Shown here piece after piece: positions 10,003 to 18,101 of a DNA stretch of 64,000 bases (within the stretch, counting starts at the first letter, position 1; every line of letters begins with the position of its first letter). Below the pieces are notes generated by a model. That model did no database searches, was not told the DNA's origin, and saw nothing but the letters and a program-made list of their open reading frames with translations. The position numbers were made by a program, and so were the translations under genes. This stretch comes from Flavobacteriaceae bacterium. Lineage in GTDB: Bacteria > Bacteroidota > Bacteroidia > Flavobacteriales > Flavobacteriaceae. The stretch lies in assembly GCA_965218355.1 (NCBI GenBank), contig CBDCKV010000008.1:50634-114633 (forward strand), read 5' to 3'.

Positions 10003-10791
10003 ATGGTAAGAATTTTAAAAATTCCATTTTTATTTCTTTGGCGCGCTTGGTTTTACATACTTATTTTTTCTACACTCATCCTTTTTTCTCCTATTTTTTT
10101 GATGCTTACATCCAAAGAGTCATACTATGCTTCTTTTTGGAAATTTGTGCGTGTTTGGTGCTGGTTCTTAATTTATGCAATGGGTTTTTATGTGAAAATG
10201 GAACGAGAAGAAAAACTAGATCGCTCGCAGAGCTATATGTTTTGTGCAAACCACGGTTCATTTATGGATGGTTTTTTATTGGCTGCGATAAGTAAAAATC
10301 CTATTGTTTTTGTTGGAAAAAAAGAACTGGTAAACATTCCAATTTTTGGATTCTTTTACAAAAGAGTTGTGATTATGGTTGATAGAAGCAGCCCAAAAAG
10401 CAGAAAACGTGTATATGAGTTGGCTAAAAAAAGATTGAAAAATGGCACCAGCATTGCTATTTTTCCGGAAGGATTGGTGCCTACGGAAGATGTGGTATTA
10501 AGCGAGTTTAGAAACGGCGCTTTTAGCTTGGCCATTGAGCATCAAATACCAATCGTTCCTCAATCGTATTACGATTGTAAACGCATGTTTTCGTGGAACC
10601 TTTTTAAGGGAGGCCCTGGGGTTTTTAGAGTGAAACAACACGCGTTTATTCCAACAAAAGGAATGACATCTGAAGATAAAGATACTTTAAAAGCACAAAC
10701 ATTTGAGTTGTTACACGAGGATTTGTTACAAGACAAGGCGTATATGAAAGACACCAACTACTATAAAAATGAGCTTCAAAGAAAATCATAG
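10003..10791 (+). CDS. plsC: 1-acyl-sn-glycerol-3-phosphate acyltransferase
   Basis: NHGSFMD (NHxxxxD) and IFPEG; start moved to ATG 10003. Confidence 0.85.
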   Translation: MVRILKIPFLFLWRAWFYILIFSTLILFSPIFLMLTSKESYYASFWKFVRVWCWFLIYAMGFYVKMEREEKLDRSQSYMFCANHGSFMDGFLLAAISKNPIVFVGKKELVNIPIFGFFYKRVVIMVDRSSPKSRKRVYELAKKRLKNGTSIAIFPEGLVPTEDVVLSEFRNGAFSLAIEHQIPIVPQSYYDCKRMFSWNLFKGGPGVFRVKQHAFIPTKGMTSEDKDTLKAQTFELLHEDLLQDKAYMKDTNYYKNELQRKS

Positions 10792-11407
10792 ATACAGTAA
10801 ATCTGAAGAACGCTTAAATATTTTGAGTCACGGATTTGGCTTCTTACTAAGTCTTCTTGCCTTTCCTTTTTTAATTGTAAAAGCAGGAACATATGCTTCT
10901 TTTTGGGCATCTGCAAGCTTTGTTGTGTACGGCCTAAGCATGCTTATCTTATACGCGGCTTCTACGTGTTACCACGCGGCGAAAAACCCAAAATTGCGTA
11001 GAAAATTAAATATTGTAGACCACGCAGCTATTTATGTTTTAATTGCGGGATCCTACACGCCCTTTTGTTTGGCGGCCATTACAAGCAGCACTGGTTGGTA
11101 CTTTTTCCTTTTTGTATGGTCCTTTGCCTTGGTGGGAGTGATTTTAAAATTGTTTTTTACAGGAAAATATGACAAACTCTCTACGTTTCTATATTTGCTA
11201 ATGGGTTGGCAAGCCTTGTTTTTAATAAACCCTATGCGAGAAAATGTCTCAACAATTGTTTTGCAATGGATTGTTGTAGGAGGTGTCTTTTACAGTATAG
11301 GAGCCTTATTGTATTCTTTAAAGAAGCTACAATGCAACCATTTTATCTTTCATGTTTTTGTGTTGCTAGGAAGCGCTGCACATTTTATAGCGATTTATAA
11401 AATATAA
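10769..11407 (+). CDS. PAQR / hemolysin III family membrane protein
   Basis: EERLNILSHG, STCYH, DHAAIYVLIAGSYTPF, HFIFHVFV. Confidence 0.9.
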   Translation: MSFKENHRYSKSEERLNILSHGFGFLLSLLAFPFLIVKAGTYASFWASASFVVYGLSMLILYAASTCYHAAKNPKLRRKLNIVDHAAIYVLIAGSYTPFCLAAITSSTGWYFFLFVWSFALVGVILKLFFTGKYDKLSTFLYLLMGWQALFLINPMRENVSTIVLQWIVVGGVFYSIGALLYSLKKLQCNHFIFHVFVLLGSAAHFIAIYKI

Positions 11408-11418
11408 CATGTTTCATA

Positions 11419-11966
11419 TTAGTTCTCTTTTTTACTCAAATATGTTATTTCAATATGTTCTGTTTGAGTAAAATACCATAAATCAATTGATAGTTGCTTT
11501 GATAATTCTACTATTTTATTCAACGTTTCTTTCTTCATTCTTTCATTTTCGAATGGAGCTACGTCAATTATCATCATGCCAATACCAATATCCTTATTAA
11601 ACTTTAATTTGGTTTCATCAGATTGTGCTTTTAATTTTAAAAAGTCGGTTTCAATCTCTTTAAATTGTAATCTGCCTTTAAAGAATTAGAATAAAAACTT
11701 ATATCTGGTATGATTTCTAAATTATTTGATCTAAATTTTTTATCTTTTTTTGTAATTCTCTCTTTGAAAAAAGCTGTTTTACAATCTTCAATAGTTGTTT
11801 TTACGTTCATTCCTATTTGAGATAGAGGTACTTTTCCTAGTGCTCTTAATAGATGATATACCATTGCTTGATAATGAAGTTCAGAACCTAAAACACTTCG
11901 GCACTCTTCAATAATTTTTGAATAACTGTTACTTATTGATGTTCGAAATTCACTTATTGTCTCCAT
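11419..11966 (-). pseudogene. Frame-disrupted hypothetical protein, PD-(D/E)XK nuclease-like
   Basis: ORF 11637-11966 (SELHYQAMVY...IIPDISFY) overlaps a second open frame 11685-11419 (GRLQFKEIETDFLKL...MMIIDVAP...KKEN*); frame switch near 11676. Confidence 0.6.
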
Positions 11967-12071
11967 TTAGATTTTTTTGATTAAACAACTAATTTAGTAA
12001 ACAAAAACGACCAGAGAAAATTAATGACGAAAAGTATTAGTTTTCAACTCAGTTCTTTGTTATCCAACGTT

Positions 12072-12557
12072 TTATTCAATCAAATCTTTATTCAGAACGA
12101 CAATTGTGTTTCCCCAAATGTCGCCCAATCTTTGATTTTTAGTTGTATTTTTTATTGTTATTATTCCAACTAGTCCAAAAAAGAACATATCTATTGGGTC
12201 AAATAAATGTCTTTTAAAAGACTCCCAAAAAGTCAGTTTTCGGTTAGTTCCGCTTTTCGGAATTGCTTTTAGTCCAGCTATTGAATTTCCGAGTGTTACT
12301 CCAAGTCCTGTTTCAAGCTCAACAGTCATAATTCCCCAAAAAATTATTGGTACAAGTGCAGGTAACCCGTTTACAGAATATTCTCCTTCGGCATTAAGTT
12401 CTCCATAAACGTAGAGATAGTTAAAAAAGAAAACATAAACTATTAGGTAATCTATAAATCCTGCTAAAATTCTTTTACCAAGGTTTGATGCAGTTTTTAA
12501 TTCAGTAGTAATGAATTTTGCTTTTATGTCTGCTTCTGATAAGTCTTTTTTATTCAT
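12072..12557 (-). CDS. RDD family membrane protein with a fused type I HsdR-like N-terminal peptide
   Basis: KRILAGFID, G-x-TLG and QRLGDIWGNTIVV RDD motifs; first ~17 aa MNKKDLSEADIKAKFIT resemble an EcoAI-type HsdR start. Confidence 0.75.
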   Translation of the reverse strand: MNKKDLSEADIKAKFITTELKTASNLGKRILAGFIDYLIVYVFFFNYLYVYGELNAEGEYSVNGLPALVPIIFWGIMTVELETGLGVTLGNSIAGLKAIPKSGTNRKLTFWESFKRHLFDPIDMFFFGLVGIITIKNTTKNQRLGDIWGNTIVVLNKDLIE

Positions 12558-12658
12558 TTTCATTAGTTGTTAATAATTGTACCGTTTTGTACCAATAATA
12601 AAAACTCGATTTGTCAGGCTGTCGTTTTAAACGGTTTAGGAAATTTCAATCTTGATTT

Positions 12659-13654
12659 TCAATGCCTTTTTTCTTTCAATTTCTCCATTATTTTATCCAG
12701 TAGTGTATCAAAATCAAGTGATTCACCATGTATCATACTGCGCTGCATTTCTTTGTAATCAGATTTGTATTTCTCTAAAAAACCTTCAGGTGGAATAAGA
12801 TTAAGACTCTGTAAAGTCAACGTCTCATAATCCGTTGTTTTCATAGGCGTTAATACGCTTCGGTGAGCAATAATACTTTCAAATAGCTTTGTGTTTTGTA
12901 AAGCAGCTTGTCCATATTCAGAATTTAGTATTTTCCCAAGATCATAAAAATGCCGTGACATACGTAAATGTCTGATTTTATCTTGAGGTTTTTGAAACTC
13001 TTCATGTAGTAGCATCAGTTTTTCTAAAAATGTTTTTTGAGGATTCGTTGCATTCACAACAAATTCTTGTTCTGCAAAATCTGTTTCAGGATACTGCTCA
13101 TCAATCATTGATTTTATAGCAACTTCTTGATTGGGTTCTATTAACGATCTTGAACTAACTTCAATTAAAACTCTTTTAGGCAGATATGATGCTTCATCAA
13201 ATAGTGATTGATAGTTCACTTTTATGGTTTCTGGGTCTTGATCAGAAACTTATGTGTTTTCTACTACCAGTTCAAATAGACTTTTATCAACTCCGTATTC
13301 CACGAGTTGTTTTTGAAGTAATTCAGATAAATCAGTAGAAACAAATGTGTGACAAGCTCTTCTCAATTTACGAATTTGTCCTTTTGATAAATCCCCTTTA
13401 AAACCTAAATATTCTCGGTCAATTCCTAAGTCAATATCTTCCGAAAATCGCTGAATCAAATTAAAAGCTTTGCTCAATGAAGTTCCACCTTTGAATATTA
13501 AATGATTGGCTAAACCGGAAGTGAATATCATTCGCAGAATTAGTGTAACCCAAGCATCTTTTTCAACAGCTTGCGGTGGTAGATTTGTTTTTACCGCTAT
13601 TTGGGTAAATAACTCAACCTGTTCCTCTTTTGATAATGTTAACCAGTTGCTCAT
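12659..13654 (-). pseudogene. abiEii: AbiEii/AbiGii nucleotidyltransferase toxin, interrupted by in-frame TAA
   Basis: VEKDAWV, FKGGTSLSK, RFSEDIDL, TFLEKL, SRHFYD; both ORF halves share one frame: VVENT*VSDQDPETIKVNYQS, stop at 13250-13252. Confidence 0.88.
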
Positions 13655-14232
13655 TTACTCGATATTTTTTTTTGTATCCAAACCGGTGCGTTTTTTAAAT
13701 TTTCATTGATAGTTTTTCGCTCATTACTTTCTTCAATTATCGATTGGATTTTATCAAGCTGTTCTTGTTGCACATTCTTTTCTCCAATAGCCTTTAATGC
13801 TTGAATAATTAGATTCGTCAATCGGTGTTCAATGCTTAGATTTTTTGGATTCGTCTTTTTAAACTGAATAGTCTGGTTTCCTACTTTTAGGTTTCTAGCT
13901 GAGCCATCTGTTAAGAACGCTACCTTCATAGGGATTTGTGTTGATAAACCCAATAAATTTAGAGCCGTTGAGCCAGTTGCTATGATTCTTGCTTTATCAC
14001 GTTTGGCAATAGCTTTTGCAATTTGTTCAGCATGAGGGTAGATGACACCTAATCGCTCATGTTTTTTAGGTAAAAAGTATATGCCTTTTGCAATGCGTTT
14101 AATACTGTCTTCTTTCGTTAGGCGTTGTAGAGACTTCCGTACAGCCTCATAATTCCCCAATTCTGTGAAGTCCGCAATAAAGAAGATATCTCCTTTATTA
14201 ACCTTAGTATCTATGGTTTTTAAATCTAGCAT
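13651..14232 (-). CDS. AbiEi-type type IV antitoxin / transcriptional regulator (DUF6088-like)
   Basis: wHTH-like AVRKSLQRL...RIAKGIY, ALNLLGLSTQIP, TDG; 4-nt overlap with the toxin start. Confidence 0.85.
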   Translation of the reverse strand: MLDLKTIDTKVNKGDIFFIADFTELGNYEAVRKSLQRLTKEDSIKRIAKGIYFLPKKHERLGVIYPHAEQIAKAIAKRDKARIIATGSTALNLLGLSTQIPMKVAFLTDGSARNLKVGNQTIQFKKTNPKNLSIEHRLTNLIIQALKAIGEKNVQQEQLDKIQSIIEESNERKTINENLKNAPVWIQKKISSK

Positions 14233-14233
14233 T

Positions 14234-14314
14234 GTCCCAAAAGTAGTAAATAATTGGGACTATAGCGTCATTTGTTGTGAAATACTTGTCCCGAAAAGCA
14301 ATTATATTTGGGAC
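14234..14314. promoter_or_regulatory. Twin inverted-repeat operator and promoter of the abiE operon
   Basis: GTCCCAA-N13-TTGGGAC (14234-14260) and GTCCCGA-N13-TTGGGAC (14288-14314); TACTTTTG -7 element (minus, 14238-14245) lies within the first repeat. Confidence 0.8.
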
Positions 14315-14510
14315 ACTTTTTTTGCTTACAACTAGTTATCTATGGAACAAAGGCCCTGTGTATCGGTTTTGCGCTCCTGGACAACAGGTAATTTGTTCGG
14401 GTTTTGCCTCTTTTACCAAAAATAGTAAAATAAAATACACGAGACACCTCGTAAGTCAAAAAAAGGGAGGCTTACAATCAAGTTGTAAATACACAAAAAA
14501 GAGCCCATAA

Positions 14511-14981
14511 CTACCAGTTTGTATAGGGTGTTTTGCTTAAGCTGGCATTGTAGTAGCGCACGTCTCCTGTAACTTCTTTTCCAAGCCATGTTGGTTTCGC
14601 AAAGACTTCGTTTTCGGAAGACAATTCAATTTCTGCAACAATCAACCCGGTATTTACACCCAGAAAAACATCGATTTCAAAGAGGTGTTTCTCATGATGC
14701 ACCAAGTAACGTTCCTTCTCGATCACCTCTTTTTCACAAAGCATTAAAAGCTGTTGTGCTTCTGCAACATCAATTTCTTTTTCCCACTCAAAACGCGTTG
14801 TGCCAGATTCATTCGAACAGCCTTTTATGGTTAAATAGCCAGCATCATCTTGGATACGCACCCGTACAACCCTGTCTTTATGTGTACTTAAAAACCCTTG
14901 TTTTATACAGAGCTTTTGGTGGCTCTCTGCTATAAAATTAGTGGAAGCAACTAAGAATTTACGTTCTATTTCTACAGACAT
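14511..14981 (-). CDS. CYTH domain protein
   Basis: EIERKFLV N-terminal ExExK motif, RVRI, LTIKG, AEIEL. Confidence 0.92.
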   Translation of the reverse strand: MSVEIERKFLVASTNFIAESHQKLCIKQGFLSTHKDRVVRVRIQDDAGYLTIKGCSNESGTTRFEWEKEIDVAEAQQLLMLCEKEVIEKERYLVHHEKHLFEIDVFLGVNTGLIVAEIELSSENEVFAKPTWLGKEVTGDVRYYNASLSKTPYTNW

Positions 14982-15051
14982 ACAGAAGAATTGAATTTTG
15001 TACGAATGTATCGTTTTTTGTCGTTATTATTAAATATCTTTACCTTTTATT

Positions 15052-17379
15052 ATGAAGAAAACACTCTTTTTTACCATTCTTTTGACTTCTTTTTTCTTGC
15101 AAGCACAGACCGATTTTAGCGATCGGTGGGAAGACTTTTTTTCATATAATAATGTCAAAGATTTTGCGGTTACACCAACAACCATTTACGCCATTTCAGA
15201 CAATGCCGTTTTTACGTATAACAAAGCTACAGGAGCCGTAGAAAAGATGTCGTCTGTACAAGGGTTGTCCGGTAAAAAAACATCGGCAATACACTACAAT
15301 GAAACCTATGGCCGTTTGGTTATTGGTTATGAAAACGGCTTGATAGAAGTTGTTGATTCCGATGGGTCAATCACGATTTCTGCAGACATTGTTAGCTTCA
15401 ATCAATCGGGAGGAAAACGGATCAATCATATTTACGAACACAACAACACCTTGTATCTTTCTACGTCTTTTGCTGTGGTGGAGTACGATATTGAACGCTT
15501 GGAGTTTGGCGACACCTTCTTTATAGGAGCGGGTTCTACCGCTGTTAAAATTAACCAAACTGTTGTGCGAGACAACCTGTTGTATGCGGCAACTGAAAAC
15601 GGCATTTATTTTGCAGAGGTTTCAAATCCGTACTTGATTGATTACACGCAATGGAGCCATCGATTTACCGGAGCTTTTTCACAAATAACACTTTTTAACA
15701 ACCGTCTATATACCACACAAGGAAGCACGCTACATCACATCTCTCCTTCTCAAGCATTACAATTTATACGTACTTTTACAAACCCTATTGTTGCTGTAAA
15801 AAGCACTGAAACAACCCTGAATATTAGCAGTAATACCATTGCGTATGTATTGGATACAAACGAGCAAGAAGTCGCTTTTTTCCAAGCAGATAGCTCTTTT
15901 GATTTTACCATAAACACCCTATATTCCGAAGAGAATACGGTTTTTATAGGTACGCAGCAGTTCGGAATTTTAAAAGCATCGTTTAGCGACCCACAAAGTT
16001 TTAAAGAAATTCATCCAGCAGGACCACTCTCAAACCAAGTTTTTTCGTTGACAGCAGCCAACCAGCATTTGTGGATTGTATATGGCGGATACAACGACAC
16101 CTATAGCCCTACGCTAACCCAACAAGGGTTTACGCATTACAACGGAGAGTTGTGGGTAAATACACTTTTTGACCCAAGTTTTCCTATAACAGACCTGGTG
16201 CAGGTAACGATAGACCCTACACATGAGAACCGAGCATATATCAGTTCATTTGGCGATACAAACATGGTTGGTTCTGTAGCCACAGGAGGCTTGTTGGTGG
16301 TAGAAAATGATGAACCAAGTCATTTTTTTAACCAGACAAATAGCGGCTTGGAAGATTTGTTAGCATCCGATCCTTCACGAGTCACTTTGCGAATAAGCGG
16401 AACTGTTTTTGACCCGCAAGGAAATTTATGGGTCACCAATATTGGGGTAGATCACAAGCTGAAAAAGAAGACGCCAAGCGGCGCTTGGAGCGGGTACGAT
16501 TTAAGTAGCCTGTTTACAAACAACGCCTATGGAATGAACGAACCGGTTGTAGATAAAACAAATAGTATTTGGGTAGGAACCCGTAGAAACGGGGCATATG
16601 TGTACAACGAAACAGGCGATAGAAAACGAGCCTTTAGTACGAATAGTACACAAGGGAGTTTACCAAATTTAAATGTGCGAACGATTGCCGTTGACCGAAA
16701 CAATAGAGTTTGGCTAGGCACCTTGTCTGGGCTGGTGCTTTTTACCAATGCTGCAGGAATATTTGAAGCCGCTACCTTTGATGCAAAACCTGTAATTATT
16801 GAAGATGACGGTATTCCTAAGAAATTATTAGGAGATCAAACCATCAATAGCATTGCTATTGACGGGGCAGACAATAAGTGGTTTGGCACAGAAAATGGCG
16901 GCGTATTGTACACCAATCCAAGCGGGCAAACAACCTTGGGTAACTTCAATGCTTACAACTCCCCGTTACCATCCAATAAAATTTTAAAAATTAGCGTAGA
17001 TATCAGTACCGGAAAGGTGTTTATTGCAACAGCGAACGGCGTGGTGGCTTACCACAGTAAAGTAGCTCCTTTTGGCACTGTTTTGGGCGAGGTATACGCT
17101 TATCCAAATCCGGTATTAGCCCACCAACAAACCGTTGTAATAGACGGAAGAAACGGCACACATTTACCCAAAGGAACAAATGTAAAAATTCTGGACACCG
17201 CAGGACGATTGGTATATGAAACCAATGTGGTAGAAGGGCAGCAAGTGCAAGGAGGAAAAGTGGTGTGGAACAAAACCAATTTAGCAGGAGATAAAGTCGC
17301 TTCAGGTATTTACATTGTACTGCTCTCTACAGAAGACGGCAGTGAAAGCAGCAGCACTAAAATAGCCATCGTAAATTAA
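15052..17379 (+). CDS. porZ: T9SS component PorZ-like beta-propeller protein
   Basis: Signal peptide, propeller repeats (IAIDGADNKWFGT), CTD-like YAYPNP...ASGIYIV...KIAIVN; directly upstream of recO. Confidence 0.82.
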   Translation: MKKTLFFTILLTSFFLQAQTDFSDRWEDFFSYNNVKDFAVTPTTIYAISDNAVFTYNKATGAVEKMSSVQGLSGKKTSAIHYNETYGRLVIGYENGLIEVVDSDGSITISADIVSFNQSGGKRINHIYEHNNTLYLSTSFAVVEYDIERLEFGDTFFIGAGSTAVKINQTVVRDNLLYAATENGIYFAEVSNPYLIDYTQWSHRFTGAFSQITLFNNRLYTTQGSTLHHISPSQALQFIRTFTNPIVAVKSTETTLNISSNTIAYVLDTNEQEVAFFQADSSFDFTINTLYSEENTVFIGTQQFGILKASFSDPQSFKEIHPAGPLSNQVFSLTAANQHLWIVYGGYNDTYSPTLTQQGFTHYNGELWVNTLFDPSFPITDLVQVTIDPTHENRAYISSFGDTNMVGSVATGGLLVVENDEPSHFFNQTNSGLEDLLASDPSRVTLRISGTVFDPQGNLWVTNIGVDHKLKKKTPSGAWSGYDLSSLFTNNAYGMNEPVVDKTNSIWVGTRRNGAYVYNETGDRKRAFSTNSTQGSLPNLNVRTIAVDRNNRVWLGTLSGLVLFTNAAGIFEAATFDAKPVIIEDDGIPKKLLGDQTINSIAIDGADNKWFGTENGGVLYTNPSGQTTLGNFNAYNSPLPSNKILKISVDISTGKVFIATANGVVAYHSKVAPFGTVLGEVYAYPNPVLAHQQTVVIDGRNGTHLPKGTNVKILDTAGRLVYETNVVEGQQVQGGKVVWNKTNLAGDKVASGIYIVLLSTEDGSESSSTKIAIVN

Positions 17380-18101
17380 TGGGAATAGTAGACACCAATG
17401 CGCTTGTTTTACGCACCATAAAATATGGTGATTCCAGTATTATTACCACCTGTTTTACAGAGAAAGAAGGCGTAAAAACCTATCTTATAAAAGGAATCTT
17501 AAAAGCCAAGCGAGGTAAGTTAAAGAGCGCATATTTTCAACCACTTACGCAGCTGACACTTACCGCGAACCACAACACAAAAGGGCGCTTAAACAGTCTT
17601 AAAGACGCGCATGTGGCGCACCCATACCAAACGATTCATACCCATATTATAAAGCAATCCATGGCAATTTTTTTGTCGGAAGTTTTAGCAAATAGCATTA
17701 AAGAAGAAGCTCCAAACTCTTCGTTGTATGCGTTTTTAGAAACAGCCTTTAAGTGGTTAGATACCCACGAGGCTATTTCAAATTTTCACTTATTGTTTTT
17801 GTTAAACCTCACGCGTTTCTTAGGGTTTTATCCTGATGTAAGCGAAAAAGAAAAAAAAGGATTCCATTTATTAGAAGGAACTTTTACGGATGCTGTTCAT
17901 GAAAAAATGGTTATTTTTGGCGCTGACTTAGATGCGTTTAATAAACTAATAGGCATAGATTTTGATGCCATAGAAAGAGTATCTTTCCATCAAAAAGAAC
18001 GTCAACAACTTCTTCAAGTAATAATTCGCTATTTTGAATTACATTTGGAGGGATTTAAACACCCAAAATCCTTAGCGATTTTAGAACAAGTTTTTCAGTA
18101 A
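17379..18101 (+). CDS. recO: DNA repair protein RecO
   Basis: VLRTIKYGDSSII OB-fold start, FQPLT, LTRFLGFYP; TAATG coupling to porZ. Confidence 0.92.
   Translation: MGIVDTNALVLRTIKYGDSSIITTCFTEKEGVKTYLIKGILKAKRGKLKSAYFQPLTQLTLTANHNTKGRLNSLKDAHVAHPYQTIHTHIIKQSMAIFLSEVLANSIKEEAPNSSLYAFLETAFKWLDTHEAISNFHLLFLLNLTRFLGFYPDVSEKEKKGFHLLEGTFTDAVHEKMVIFGADLDAFNKLIGIDFDAIERVSFHQKERQQLLQVIIRYFELHLEGFKHPKSLAILEQVFQ

Larger units (their letters stand above)
11408..14320. other. Decaying accessory/defence islet (no integrase seen)
   Basis: Co-oriented minus-strand block of AbiE genes, an HsdR-RDD fusion and a broken nuclease-like gene between housekeeping genes; visibly AT-richer; boundaries approximate. 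Confidence 0.7.

Noticed and set aside
10585-10600. parS-like ATGTTTTCGTGGAACC within plsC
   Set aside because: Only the right half matches; left-arm spacing is off and it lies in coding sequence
10769-11407. Hemolysin as a virulence factor
   Set aside because: PAQR/HlyIII proteins are widespread housekeeping membrane proteins
13220-13252. Programmed frameshift or readthrough in abiEii
   Set aside because: Both halves are in one frame and the stop is TAA with no evident recoding signal; a simple nonsense mutation is more parsimonious
11395-14345. att-like direct repeats or target-site duplication flanking the islet
   Set aside because: None found by eye, and no integrase, transposase or tRNA is adjacent, so it is not called a mobile element
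14277-14510. 77-aa plus-strand ORF, or an ncRNA, between the abiE operator and CYTH
   Set aside because: No recognisable motif, GTG start overlapping the operator, and no convincing RNA structure by eye; the segment remains unexplained
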